From Eledone cirrhosa (Eukaryota): 64,000 bases of DNA. A program made the translations under genes and the position numbers. The stretch lies in the NCBI GenBank assembly GCA_964016885.1, contig CAXHJY010000252.1, positions 62,001 to 126,000 of the forward strand. The letters run 5' to 3'. Below are positions 46,480-60,285 of the stretch, piece after piece. The notes under the pieces are model-generated. The model did not search any database, was not told the DNA's origin, and saw only the letters and a program-made list of their open reading frames with translations. Each line of letters opens with the position of its first letter. Position 1 is the first letter of the stretch.

Positions 46480-49400
46480 TTATACTTCTCTTAGGTCAGT
46501 GTTGTTTGTTTGGGTGTTGTTGTTGTTCCACTCATTCTTTCTGTTTAGCTTTGGTCTTCTAATTTCTATTTCACTGGCCTCTCTGATTTGCCTATCTGCT
46601 GGGTCATTCCTATGTTTAGATATTATTCTAATTTCTATGTTGTCTATGTTACCGTCATGATGTTGTCTAGCATGTTCGTATAGTACTGACCCGTTTTTTC
46701 GTCCTTTTAGTTCCCCCCAGTGTTGGTCTATCCTTTCACCTATGCTACGAGCTGTCTCACCTATGTATGTTGTTGTCGTGTTTCTGCAAGTACCCTCTGT
46801 ACATCTTATGCTATAGACTACGTTTCTAGTTTTACAGTTTATCCGGGGGTTCACCTTACATATGATACATTTCCTATTGGTACAGTGGGTTTTCTTAAAA
46901 GGGTAGGTTTTGCTGATCAGGGATTTTATGGTGGTTCCTGGCTTTTCTACCACCTTTATTTTTAAGTGGGTCTTTCTCAGGGCCTTTCTACACTGGTTAG
47001 CTAATTTCCCTCCAGGGGTGGCGTCCACAAACATGACACTCTGATATCTCTGGTTGTCGTACCATGATGTGGCCTTCCCTATCTTATGTCTAGCCCTATC
47101 TAAGCTATTCCATGATTTGCTCCTGTATAGTGGGCAAATTCCTTTCATGTCCAGTTCTATGAGGGTCTTATACTTTTCCATGGCTCCTTCGTATACTCTG
47201 ACTCTGTCTCTTTGGTTGTAGCCAGAGAACTGCATGCGGTTGATGAAGTGTTGGATGTGTCCTTCCATTTCTGTTGGGTCGCACATGATGGACACATTCT
47301 TCATCACTCGTACCAAATCTGCGATCAGAATATTAAACTTAGCACTACTGGACATTGCTGAGTTTTTGAGTATCAGGTATTTGGAGGCCATGGGTTTAGC
47401 ATAGTGTGAGTGGAGAATTTGGGCTCTCTCGTCTATAGTGTTAATCCAGAGTTCTGTGTCTAATACAGGTAGTCTATTGTTAGGGTGTTTGGAAGGGAAG
47501 TCTATAGTTACAGTTATACTCTGGTGTATGGAATTAGCTATCTGCTGGATGCTTTCCATCGTGCTACGTTCTAAATCAAACTTGTTAGTGCTGTCTAGTG
47601 GGGGTGTTCTTATAACTATATTGATATCGTCTACATAACGAGAGTACATGATGAGGTCTATGGAGCTTTCATTAAGGAGATCTTTAAGTCTCCTTTCCCA
47701 CCATACCATGAAAAGGTTGGCAACATCGCCAGCTATGCTGACGCCGATGGCTGCTCCCTCATTTTGGGTGTAGATTTTCTCATTGAACTTAAATATGTGG
47801 CCCTTTAGGGTAGTTTTGATACTAGCCCCTATTGCATGTGCGACCATTTTTCTTACCTGATCAGTGTTTTGGGGGGTCCGTATAGCTTTGGTCCACCCAA
47901 TCCACCTTCCTATGGGAGTCTTTTTAGCCATTGAGGTTATGGTGGGGGGTCTACCTCTTATAGGTCTACTAGGGCAGAAACATCTAAGGTCATGGCTGTC
48001 TAGGTAGTCAGTGTCGTAGGTAAGTCTAAGTAGGAGGCCCAGTTCGTCTGTGTCGACGTCGCAGAACTCCACCTCACTCTCAATGATCATCTCCACACAT
48101 CTTTTCACAGCAAAATCAATGTTAATGGATGGGTACAGTGACACCACATCCATGCTGCCTATTATGCAGTTGGATAGGCTCCTGTTTTTGTTGCACTCAC
48201 TGATTCTGCTGAGGAGGTCCTCTGTACTTTCACATACATCTGGGGACATCTTGATTATGGGGCGTATAACCATTGAGAGGAAGTAGGAGATCCTGTAGTT
48301 GCTAGCTATATTAGCTCCGCATACAGGTCTTGTTGGTGGTCCTATTGTCGGGTCGTCGACTGTCTTGTGGTCTTTGCGGAGCCCATACAAGGGTGGTATG
48401 CCATTGTTAGACGCCTGGAAGTTGTTGGCAGTGCGTCTGCTTGGCTTTAGGATGTCAGTCCACATCATCATGTGAGCGTTGAGGATTTTTTCTCTCCCAT
48501 CGTGTGTTAGTTGTGCAACTTCGCTCGTGTTGGTGATGTGGGGTTGCATTGCCTCGATGTAGTTCGGCATGCTATCTATTGACATCCTACCAGACTTATC
48601 TGTGGGTAGACACACTACCTCACCATCCCTTGTGCGCTGCTTGAGGCTAACCAAGCCTTCTACAGGTTTTATCCCAAGTTGTTGGGCCTCTGGTCTGCTC
48701 TGTCTCATAGTGTACCTGTCTACTACTTGTCTAATCTTATTTCTAGCTATGGTGAACTGTGCCTCCGTCTCGTCATCTATTTGTTGTGGTATGCAAACTC
48801 TTTTATTAAAGGGTAACCTCGTAGGATAGATATTACCCATCTTATATGTTTTGTCAGCTGGGTTGAAAAATAGTTTCTCTAAGGGGTTGTCGTTATTTCT
48901 ATCGTCATAGTTGTGTGTGTTGCTATTATTGTTATCATGGTGGTTGTTGTTGTTTCTATCCTTAGCATTAATATTATTATTGTTATGATTGCTAGATGTA
49001 TTGTTGTTTACTTCACCGTTATTGTTGTTGTTACTGCTATTTCTACCATTGTGGTTGTTACTATTATTATGTTTCTTGTTTTTGTTGATGTTGCTACATG
49101 TACTATTTCCATTATTACCACTGTGGTTATTGTTGTTGTTGTTGTTCGTATTGTTACCGTTATTACTACTGTGGTCACTGTTGCTGTGTCTGTGGTTAAC
49201 GTTTCTATTATTATTATTATTGTGGTTGTTGTTGTTCTGTCTATCGCTAGTATTATTACCATTATCACTATTTCTCACTTTCCTGCCATTGTTATGGTTA
49301 TGGCTGTTATTTCTATACCCAGAGTTATTGTTTATATTACTACTACCGTTATTATTGTTGTTGTTGTTTACCTTTGCATTCCAACGTATTTTTGTGAAAC

Positions 49401-50109
49401 ACTTTTCCAGCTCCGTTTTGCATTCCATAGGATTAATTTTTTTGTAGATGGCAAATTTTGGTGGTAACTTTAGGATTTGTTGTTCTTGTTCACTGATTAA
49501 AGTGTTCCCATAGATATTTACTGTGTGGTCATTGGTAAATTCTTCCGGTAGTTTTACATCACTCATACGGATGTTGTCGATGTTATCTGGGTATTTTTGA
49601 GAATATTCGATTTTCCTTTCTTGTAGTTTTTTCTTATTCATCCATTCTAATTTCTTCTTGAAATGCCTACAGCATTCGTTTTGAGCATATTTCGTTTCGC
49701 GTCGGATGACGCTCATGAAGTCATCTCTCTCGTTTGCTGTGATGAGATTTCGGATTTCCTTACCGTTGATGCGTTTTTGTCTGTAGAGTGCGTTGACTTT
49801 TGTGTATGTTGTTCTTTTCATATTAACTGTTATTGTGTGTTTTAGCCGTTCAGCTTGTGTTTTGTTCAATAATAAATTATTTACTTGTTTTGATATGTTT
49901 GTTGTGTATGTTTTGGAGGAAACACAGTGTTTTAAGAAGCGGATTTGTTCTGTTGTTATTGTAGTTTTTATATAACAGAAAACAGTGTCTTTCAATAACC
50001 TTTCAGCTTGGCACAAGCTAATGCCATAGCGGCGATGAATTAGTTTTGCGAGGTTTTTTATATGAAATCGTGTGTCGAAACAGATATTGTTATATTTGGG
50101 GAGGGTCAT
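46480..50109 (-). CDS. Intact PLE polyprotein, 1209 aa (RT + Cys-rich linker + GIY-YIG endonuclease)
   Basis: PPLYGLRKDHK, RPV, SMDVVSLYPSI, QNEGAAIG, RYVDD, LPVLD, CxxxxCxxC and VVYSIRC..YIGETAR..ER..QH..E..PKLN motifs. Confidence 0.95.
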   Translation of the reverse strand: MTLPKYNNICFDTRFHIKNLAKLIHRRYGISLCQAERLLKDTVFCYIKTTITTEQIRFLKHCVSSKTYTTNISKQVNNLLLNKTQAERLKHTITVNMKRTTYTKVNALYRQKRINGKEIRNLITANERDDFMSVIRRETKYAQNECCRHFKKKLEWMNKKKLQERKIEYSQKYPDNIDNIRMSDVKLPEEFTNDHTVNIYGNTLISEQEQQILKLPPKFAIYKKINPMECKTELEKCFTKIRWNAKVNNNNNNNGSSNINNNSGYRNNSHNHNNGRKVRNSDNGNNTSDRQNNNNHNNNNNRNVNHRHSNSDHSSNNGNNTNNNNNNNHSGNNGNSTCSNINKNKKHNNSNNHNGRNSSNNNNNGEVNNNTSSNHNNNNINAKDRNNNNHHDNNNSNTHNYDDRNNDNPLEKLFFNPADKTYKMGNIYPTRLPFNKRVCIPQQIDDETEAQFTIARNKIRQVVDRYTMRQSRPEAQQLGIKPVEGLVSLKQRTRDGEVVCLPTDKSGRMSIDSMPNYIEAMQPHITNTSEVAQLTHDGREKILNAHMMMWTDILKPSRRTANNFQASNNGIPPLYGLRKDHKTVDDPTIGPPTRPVCGANIASNYRISYFLSMVIRPIIKMSPDVCESTEDLLSRISECNKNRSLSNCIIGSMDVVSLYPSINIDFAVKRCVEMIIESEVEFCDVDTDELGLLLRLTYDTDYLDSHDLRCFCPSRPIRGRPPTITSMAKKTPIGRWIGWTKAIRTPQNTDQVRKMVAHAIGASIKTTLKGHIFKFNEKIYTQNEGAAIGVSIAGDVANLFMVWWERRLKDLLNESSIDLIMYSRYVDDINIVIRTPPLDSTNKFDLERSTMESIQQIANSIHQSITVTIDFPSKHPNNRLPVLDTELWINTIDERAQILHSHYAKPMASKYLILKNSAMSSSAKFNILIADLVRVMKNVSIMCDPTEMEGHIQHFINRMQFSGYNQRDRVRVYEGAMEKYKTLIELDMKGICPLYRSKSWNSLDRARHKIGKATSWYDNQRYQSVMFVDATPGGKLANQCRKALRKTHLKIKVVEKPGTTIKSLISKTYPFKKTHCTNRKCIICKVNPRINCKTRNVVYSIRCTEGTCRNTTTTYIGETARSIGERIDQHWGELKGRKNGSVLYEHARQHHDGNIDNIEIRIISKHRNDPADRQIREASEIEIRRPKLNRKNEWNNNNTQTNNTDLREV

Positions 50110-50295
50110 ATTTGCGTAATATTGCCAGAATTAATAACAGAACACACTCACTGTTTGGTTGGTTTTCGCTTCTCGCTGTCTTTTATATATATATATCTGC
50201 GATCTAGCTTACTCGGTCCTCAATGTTGCCATTGACTGACCGGCGGTCAAAAATAATACAGATACAATATAGACAAACACATATATATATAGTTT

Positions 50296-50335
50296 ACATA
50301 AATCTTTCGTTGCACATCTGCAACATCGTCAGTGG
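50296..50335 (-). ncRNA. Hammerhead in PLE UTR, unit 2
   Basis: Identical to 46166-46205, 4130 bp away. Confidence 0.65.
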
Positions 50336-50610
50336 TGTTATATTCATTGTTCCTCCTGTTGTGTTGTATGTCTACGCCATTTTTTTTTGTTCAGTCTGTC
50401 TATATATTTATTTATTTATTTGCTTGTTTGTTTATCTTATTTTATTTTGTCTTCTTTGCGCATGCGTTTGCGTGTGTGTATAGTGTTATGTGTGATGTGT
50501 GATGTGTGACTAGTGTGTATAGTGTTGTCTGCTGGGTGACTAGTGTGTGTTTATGTGCTTGTGTATGTATTTATTTATCTTATTTTATTTAATTTAATTT
50601 ACTTATTTAT

Positions 50611-53600
50611 TTATACTTCTCTTAGGTCAGTGTTGTTTGTTTGGGTGTTGTTGTTGTTCCACTCATTCTTTCTGTTTAGCTTTGGTCTTCTAATTTCTAT
50701 TTCACTGGCCTCTCTGATTTGCCTATCTGCTGGGTCATTCCTATGTTTAGATATTATTCTAATTTCTATGTTGTCTATGTTACCGTCATGATGTTGTCTA
50801 GCATGTTCGTATAGTACTGACCCGTTTTTTCGTCCTTTTAGTTCCCCCCAGTGTTGGTCTATCCTTTCACCTATGCTACGAGCTGTCTCACCTATGTATG
50901 TTGTTGTCGTGTTTCTGCAAGTACCCTCTGTACATCTTATGCTATAGACTACGTTTCTAGTTTTACAGTTTATCCGGGGGTTCACCTTACATATGATACA
51001 TTTCCTATTGGTACAGTGGGTTTTCTTAAAAGGGTAGGTTTTGCTGATCAGGGATTTTATGGTGGTTCCTGGCTTTTCTACCACCTTTATTTTTAAGTGG
51101 GTCTTTCTCAGGGCCTTTCTACACTGGTTAGCTAATTTCCCTCCAGGGGTGGCGTCCACAAACATGACACTCTGATATCTCTGGTTGTCGTACCATGATG
51201 TGGCCTTCCCTATCTTATGTCTAGCCCTATCTAAGCTATTCCATGATTTGCTCCTGTATAGTGGGCAAATTCCTTTCATGTCCAGTTCTATGAGGGTCTT
51301 ATACTTTTCCATGGCTCCTTCGTATACTCTGACTCTGTCTCTTTGGTTGTAGCCAGAGAACTGCATGCGGTTGATGAAGTGTTGGATGTGTCCTTCCATT
51401 TCTGTTGGGTCGCACATGATGGACACATTCTTCATCACTCGTACCAAATCTGCGATCAGAATATTAAACTTAGCACTACTGGACATTGCTGAGTTTTTGA
51501 GTATCAGGTATTTGGAGGCCATGGGTTTAGCATAGTGTGAGTGGAGAATTTGGGCTCTCTCGTCTATAGTGTTAATCCAGAGTTCTGTGTCTAATACAGG
51601 TAGTCTATTGTTAGGGTGTTTGGAAGGGAAGTCTATAGTTACAGTTATACTCTGGTGTATGGAATTAGCTATCTGCTGGATGCTTTCCATCGTGCTACGT
51701 TCTAAATCAAACTTGTTAGTGCTGTCTAGTGGGGGTGTTCTTATAACTATATTGATATCGTCTACATAACGAGAGTACATGATGAGGTCTATGGAGCTTT
51801 CATTAAGGAGATCTTTAAGTCTCCTTTCCCACCATACCATGAAAAGGTTGGCAACATCGCCAGCTATGCTGACGCCGATGGCTGCTCCCTCATTTTGGGT
51901 GTAGATTTTCTCATTGAACTTAAATATGTGGCCCTTTAGGGTAGTTTTGATACTAGCCCCTATTGCATGTGCGACCATTTTTCTTACCTGATCAGTGTTT
52001 TGGGGGGTCCGTATAGCTTTGGTCCACCCAATCCACCTTCCTATGGGAGTCTTTTTAGCCATTGAGGTTATGGTGGGGGGTCTACCTCTTATAGGTCTAC
52101 TAGGGCAGAAACATCTAAGGTCATGGCTGTCTAGGTAGTCAGTGTCGTAGGTAAGTCTAAGTAGGAGGCCCAGTTCGTCTGTGTCGACGTCGCAGAACTC
52201 CACCTCACTCTCAATGATCATCTCCACACATCTTTTCACAGCAAAATCAATGTTAATGGATGGGTACAGTGACACCACATCCATGCTGCCTATTATGCAG
52301 TTGGATAGGCTCCTGTTTTTGTTGCACTCACTGATTCTGCTGAGGAGGTCCTCTGTACTTTCACATACATCTGGGGACATCTTGATTATGGGGCGTATAA
52401 CCATTGAGAGGAAGTAGGAGATCCTGTAGTTGCTAGCTATATTAGCTCCGCATACAGGTCTTGTTGGTGGTCCTATTGTCGGGTCGTCGACTGTCTTGTG
52501 GTCTTTGCGGAGCCCATACAAGGGTGGTATGCCATTGTTAGACGCCTGGAAGTTGTTGGCAGTGCGTCTGCTTGGCTTTAGGATGTCAGTCCACATCATC
52601 ATGTGAGCGTTGAGGATTTTTTCTCTCCCATCGTGTGTTAGTTGTGCAACTTCGCTCGTGTTGGTGATGTGGGGTTGCATTGCCTCGATGTAGTTCGGCA
52701 TGCTATCTATTGACATCCTACCAGACTTATCTGTGGGTAGACACACTACCTCACCATCCCTTGTGCGCTGCTTGAGGCTAACCAAGCCTTCTACAGGTTT
52801 TATCCCAAGTTGTTGGGCCTCTGGTCTGCTCTGTCTCATAGTGTACCTGTCTACTACTTGTCTAATCTTATTTCTAGCTATGGTGAACTGTGCCTCCGTC
52901 TCGTCATCTATTTGTTGTGGTATGCAAACTCTTTTATTAAAGGGTAACCTCGTAGGATAGATATTACCCATCTTATATGTTTTGTCAGCTGGGTTGAAAA
53001 ATAGTTTCTCTAAGGGGTTGTCGTTATTTCTATCGTCATAGTTGTGTGTGTTGCTATTATTGTTATCATGGTGGTTGTTGTTGTTTCTATCCTTAGCATT
53101 AATATTATTATTGTTATGATTGCTAGATGTATTGTTGTTTACTTCACCGTTATTGTTGTTGTTACTGCTATTTCTACCATTGTGGTTGTTACTATTATTA
53201 TGTTTCTTGTTTTTGTTGATGTTGCTACATGTACTATTTCCATTATTACCACTGTGGTTATTGTTGTTGTTGTTGTTCGTATTGTTACCGTTATTACTAC
53301 TGTGGTCACTGTTGCTGTGTCTGTGGTTAACGTTTCTATTATTATTATTATTGTGGTTGTTGTTGTTCTGTCTATCGCTAGTATTATTACCATTATCACT
53401 ATTTCTCACTTTCCTGCCATTGTTATGGTTATGGCTGTTATTTCTATACCCAGAGTTATTGTTTATATTACTACTACCGTTATTATTGTTGTTGTTGTTT
53501 ACCTTTGCATTCCAACGTATTTTTGTGAAACACTTTTCCAGCTCCGTTTTGCATTCCATAGGATTAATTTTTTTGTAGATGGCAAATTTTGGTGGTAACT

Positions 53601-54226
53601 TTAGGATTTGTTGTTCTTGTTCACTGATTAAAGTGTTCCCATAGATATTTACTGTGTGGTCATTGGTAAATTCTTCCGGTAGTTTTACATCACTCATACG
53701 GATGTTGTCGATGTTATCTGGGTATTTTTGAGAATATTCGATTTTCCTTTCTTGTAGTTTTTTCTTATTCATCCATTCTAATTTCTTCTTGAAATGCCTA
53801 CAGCATTCGTTTTGAGCATATTTCGTTTCGCGTCGGATGACGCTCATGAAGTCATCTCTCTCGTTTGCTGTGATGAGATTTCGGATTTCCTTACCGTTGA
53901 TGCGTTTTTGTCTGTAGAGTGCGTTGACTTTTGTGTATGTTGTTCTTTTCATATTAACTGTTATTGTGTGTTTTAGCCGTTCAGCTTGTGTTTTGTTCAA
54001 TAATAAATTATTTACTTGTTTTGATATGTTTGTTGTGTATGTTTTGGAGGAAACACAGTGTTTTAAGAAGCGGATTTGTTCTGTTGTTATTGTAGTTTTT
54101 ATATAACAGAAAACAGTGTCTTTCAATAACCTTTCAGCTTGGCACAAGCTAATGCCATAGCGGCGATGAATTAGTTTTGCGAGGTTTTTTATATGAAATC
54201 GTGTGTCGAAACAGATATTGTTATAT
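50611..54226 (-). CDS. Second copy of the PLE polyprotein, lacking the first 14 nt including ATG
   Basis: Identical translation, truncated at the inversion junction 54226. Confidence 0.9.
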
Positions 54227-54465
54227 CAGTCAATGGCAACATTGAGGACCGAGTAAGCTAGATCGCAGATATATATATATAAAAGACAGCGAGAAGCGAA
54301 AACCAACCAAACAGTGAGTGTGTTCTGTTATTAATTCTGGCAATATTACGCAAATATGACCCTCCCCAAATATAACAATATCTGTTTCGACACACGATTT
54401 CATATAAAAAACCTCGCAAAACTAATTCATCGCCGCTATATATATATATATATACATATATACAA

Positions 54466-54496
<31 letters not shown>

Positions 54497-54682
54497 TACA
54501 TATATATATACATATATACATACATACATAGAAATATTTATATACATACATACATACTTACATACATACAAATATATACATACATACATATATACAAATA
54601 TATATATACATACATACATGCATACACATACATACATATATACAAATATATATATACATACATACATACATACATACATACA

Positions 54683-54714
<32 letters not shown>

Positions 54715-54850
54715 CACATACATACATGCGAACATACATACATGTATACACACGCACACACACACATACATACATATATACACACATACATACATACACG
54801 CACACACACACACACACACATAAATATACACACGCATACACACACAGGTA

Positions 54851-54918
<68 letters not shown>

Positions 54919-54954
54919 GTTCTAGTCCTGTAGAAGCGATTTCTATATCAAATA

Positions 54955-55032
<78 letters not shown>

Positions 55033-55199
55033 ATATACACATATACATATATACCTATGTGTATATATATATGTATATAGTGTGTGTATGTGTATGTTTA
55101 CATACACACACATAATACATATATGTATATATATATAAGTATCTGTATGTGTATACACACACACGCACATATACTTATATACACACTACTCTCCAATTT

Positions 55200-55362
55200 G
55201 AATGCAAATTCTCTCTCCTCACACCACCACCCTCTCTATCTCTCGTTATTCCTTCCCCTCTTCCCCAACTTCCCACCCTCGCCTCTCTCTCTCTCTCTCT
55301 CCTCACACCACCACCCTCTCTATCTCTCGCTATCCCCCCCTCTTCCCCAACTTCCCACCCAC

Positions 55363-55400
<38 letters not shown>

Positions 55401-55470
55401 ACACCACCACCCTCTCTATCTCTCGCTACCCCCCCCCCCCCCCTCTTCCCCAACTTCCCACCCACCCTTC

Positions 55471-55508
<38 letters not shown>

Positions 55509-55900
55509 CATCTCCCCCTTCTCCCACCTTCCACCACCACCACCCTCTCTCTCTCTCTCACTCTACTCCCCTCCCTCTTCCTCCACTTTCCACCCCCTCT
55601 CTCTCTACTCCTCACCCTCTTCCTCCACCTTCCACCACCACCCATGCACCCCTCTCTCTCACTACTCTCTCTCTTCCTCCACCTTCCACCCCCCTCTCTC
55701 TACTCCTCTCCCTCTTCCTTCCACCTTCCACCATCACCCGTCCACCTCCTCTCTCTACTCCTCTTCCTCCACCTTCCACCACCCCTGCCCATCCACCCCT
55801 CTCACCACTCCTCACACTACTCCCCTCCCTCCCACCACTCCTCACACTACTCCCCTCCCTCTCACCACTCCTCACACTACTCCCCCCTCTCCCCCCACCC
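55200..55900. repeat. Pyrimidine-rich degenerate tandem repeats
   Basis: ctcctcacaccaccaccctctctatctctcg x3 and a 30-bp unit x3. Confidence 0.8.
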
Positions 55901-55999
55901 TACTATGAGATAATCTCTGGAGAGGTTGAAGTAATTTAGGAAAATACAGAATTTATTGAATTCATCAAGATTGCCTTTATGTATGTATGTGTGTATGTA

Positions 56000-56038
<39 letters not shown>

Positions 56039-56310
56039 GTGTATATATGTATGTATGTGTGTATGTATGTATGTGTGTGTGTGTATGTGTATGTGTGTAT
56101 GTGTGTATGTATGTGTGTGTATGTATGTGTGTATGTATGTATGTATGTGTGTATGTATGTATGTGTGTGTGTGTGTGTGTATGTGTGTATGTGTGTATGT
56201 ATGTGTGTGTATGTATGTGTGTATGTATGTATGTATGTGTGCATGTATGTGTGTATGTATGTATGTATGTATGTGTGTATGTATATATGTATGTATGTAT
56301 GTATGTACAT

Positions 56311-56389
<79 letters not shown>

Positions 56390-56392
<3 letters not shown>

Positions 56393-57801
56393 AGATCAAA
56401 AGATGGTTAAAGGAGTTCCATATATTTTATTATGCGCATTTCAAAAACAAACATCATCAAACAATAATATTTGTGTTTTCATCAGATAAAACAGGAGAAC
56501 ATGATATGAAGGCTAAAAAACACTTGTTGATAGTGCAGTTTTAAATCAACATATGAAAAGTGGTTTTAGATTGATGTGTGATATTGGGAAAAATATTTTA
56601 TTTAGAGAGGGGGGGGGGGAGAAAAGGATGAAAAGGGAAGGAGATGAGAGGGAGAGATGGGTGATAGAGAGAAAGAGATAGTTTTTATAACTGAGAGGAG
56701 ATATATTTTATATAGAGGGGTTGAAAACCGTTGGAAGATACTGTATAAATTAAAAATTTTGAAAATTAACGAAGGGAGGATATGTGCGAGGAAAAAATAT
56801 TTTATTTAGGGAGGGGGGGGGGTTGGAAAGGATGAAAAAAAGGGGAGGAGATGAGAGTGAAGGTGGAAAGGGAGAGATGGGTGATAGAGAGAAAGAGATA
56901 GTTTTTATAACTGAGAAAAAGATATAATGTTTTAATATAGAGAGGTTGGGAACCGTTGGAAGATAATGTATAAATTAAAGGAATTTGAAAATTAACGAAG
57001 GGAAATTATGTATGAAGATAGAGAGAAAAAAATAATAATTGTGGGTGAATATTCTAACGTCAAAAGAAGAAATGTATGTATTGTGGGAATTTCAAAATTA
57101 GCAAAGAGAAAAAAAGTTTATGTGTTGAAGGATTTGAGAAAAATAATGTGAAGTTAAAGTTTGTATATTGAATTCATATGTATTAATAATGAGTTCGTTG
57201 ATGGGGAGAAAAAAATAATAATAAATTAAGGATGAAATTGAGATTAAAAAGATTTATGATAGAGAGAAAAAATAATAATGATTGCGGATGAATACTCAAA
57301 ATGTCAAAAACAAATGTTATTGTTTTACGAGAAGATAGAATGAGGGTAATGAGTAAACGAGTATTATAGAGTGTATAATGCCCTTTAAAGTAAGGTAGAT
57401 GGGTATATTTTAAAGAATATATGAGTATATATTAAAAAAAATATAATAATAAATTAAGGATGAAATTGAGATTAAAAAGATTTATGATAGAGAGAAAAAA
57501 TAATAATGATTGCGGATGAATATTCAAAATGTCAAAAACAAATGTTATTGTTTTACGAGAAGATAGAATGAGGGTAATGAGTAAACGAGTATTATAGAGT
57601 GTATAATGCCCTTTAAAGTTAGGTAGATGGGTATATTTTAAAGAGGTGTATGTATATGTGCCTTTGAGAAAAGATTCTAAATTGATAAAGAATTGAATAT
57701 TAACTGTATACTTTGTGAAAAGTTCTATGGAATTTATGCAGGCAGATAGAAAACAAATCTGAGCGTCTATTTATTATGGATTCTAGGTTAGAGATAATGG
57801 T
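56390..57801 (-). mobile_element. 3' end of a second Naiad-like PLE: ORF tail 57700-57801, 1.3-kb UTR, HHR 56425-56491
   Basis: Minus-strand IINRRSDLFSICLHKFHRTF matches LLNKKSEVFATCQHRLRHSF of the 32-kb ORF. TTTTAT-CTGATGA..GAAA-TGCGCA-TA-ATAAAA. Internal ~220- and ~230-bp duplications. Confidence 0.75.
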
Positions 57802-57851
57802 ATATATATATATATATATATATACACATACTATATATATAAACATACAAA

Positions 57852-57924
<73 letters not shown>

Positions 57925-57925
<1 letters not shown>

Positions 57926-58284
57926 AGAGGTTATATTTAATTTGTTGGGATACAACAAGCAAAATATTTTTATAACTGATATAAAACAAATTATTGGAGT
58001 AAATATACAATATATTAACAAATGGAAACTATATTTATAAAACCATATTTATAAAACCATATTTATTTCATTATACATATCTCAAGGGCCACCAGAGCAA
58101 ACTATGGTGCGCTTTCATCAGATAAAATATAATATAAGTTAGTTTTATAAATAAATATTGACATACCCTGAAAAAATGCAACCATTCTGGTTGGAATCTC
58201 CTGGATATTGCCTTGGTGGCCCTTGAAATATGTATAATGAAATAAATATGGTTTTATAAATATAGTTTCCATTTGTTAATATAT

Positions 58285-58290
<6 letters not shown>
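57925..58290. mobile_element. Fold-back insert of the 26005 family, HHR 58064-58129 on minus with GAAA>GAGA
   Basis: 58214-58285 is inverted relative to ~58008-58094. Confidence 0.75.
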
Positions 58291-58321
<31 letters not shown>

Positions 58322-58768
58322 CGAAGGAAATGTGGTAAGGAACCAGGTGGACCATAACGCACCAAAGTACTCAATACTTAGTTCCTATATATATATATAT
58401 ATGTCTGTGTGTTGCGTTCCTTTCTTATTCATTTATCTTCTCTTAGATTAATATTTATAAGAAATCTGTGGGCAAAATAATTGTGTCTATTGTAGGCACA
58501 AGGCCAGCAATTTGGAGGGAAAAGTCGGTTAAATCGACCCTAGTAAATTACTGGTACTTTATTTTATCGACCCCGTAAGGACGAAAGGCAAAGTTGACCT
58601 CGGCGGGATTTCCACAATTTATCAATCACTCATGGTTTTATTGCTCGAAAACAATGGCTGATCAGCACATTCGATTAATCAGCAAAATTCCGATACCGAT
58701 TAATTGGCAAAATGACGGATTATCTGCCGATTAATTAATGCGGGCCTAGCTATAATAAATTGTACTAT

Positions 58769-58826
<58 letters not shown>

Positions 58827-58843
58827 GCTACAACTACTAGTAA

Positions 58844-58878
<35 letters not shown>

Positions 58879-59109
58879 TAGTGTGGTAATAGTAGTGGCG
58901 GTGGTGTTGTTGTTGTTGTTGTTGGTGGTGGTGGTGATGGTGTATGTAGTGTTGGTAATAGTAGTAACAGAGGTGGAGGTGGTTGGTGTAGTGTAGAAGG
59001 CGGGCCAGTAGTAATAGTGAGTGAAATGATTGTAAGTAGGTCAATAGAGTTCGATCTATTTGTTGTCAACATCGATCTCCATAACTTCCTAAATGTGACA
59101 TCCGTGTTT

Positions 59110-60152
59110 ACACACACTCAGACATACACACACAGACATACACACACAGAGACACACACAGACATACACACACAGAGACACACACAGACATACACACAGA
59201 CATACACACACAGAGACACACACATACACACACACACACAGAGACACACACAGACATACACACACACAGACATACACACACAGAGACACACGCAGACAGA
59301 CATACACACACGCAGGTATACACACACAGAGACACACACAGACACACACACACACAGGCAGACATACACACACACACACACACAGGCAGACATACACACA
59401 GAGACACACACACATACACACACAGGCAGACATACACACAGAGACACACATACACACACAGGCAGACATACACACACACACACACACAGGCAGACATACA
59501 CACAGAGACACACACACACATACACACACAGGCAGACATACACACAGAGACACACACATACACACACAGGCAGACATACACACACACACACACACACACA
59601 CAGGCAGACATACACACAAACACACACACACACACACAGGCAGACATACACACAGAGACACACACACACATACACACAGAGGCAGACATACACACACACA
59701 CACACACACAGGCAGACATACACACAGAGACACACATACACACACAGGCAGACATACACACACATACACACACACACACACAGGCAGACATACACACAGA
59801 GACACACACACACATACACACACAGGCAGACATACACACAAACACACACACACAGGCAGACATACACACAGAGACACACACACACATACACACAGAGGCA
59901 GACATACACACAGAGACACACACACACACACACATACACACACAGGCAGACATACACACACACACACAGGCAGACATACACACAGAGACAGACACACATA
60001 CACACACAGACACACATACACACACACACACACAGAGACACACATACACACACACACACACACAGGCAGACATACACACACATACACACACAGACATACA
60101 CACACACGCACACACACATACACACACAAAAACGCACACACACATACACACA
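59110..60152. repeat. (CA)n-derived minisatellite with core caggcagacatacaca
   Basis: Read directly. Confidence 0.9.
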
Positions 60153-60248
60153 CATGTATATGTGTGTGTTGGTATAAATATATATCTATCAATATGTATA
60201 CATGTACGCACACACTCAATTGATTAATTACATGTATATATTTGTTTA

Positions 60249-60284
<36 letters not shown>

Positions 60285-60285
<1 letters not shown>

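Noticed and set aside
46720-54106. Plus-strand ORFs inside the PLE
   Set aside because: Antisense shadows of the real ORF.
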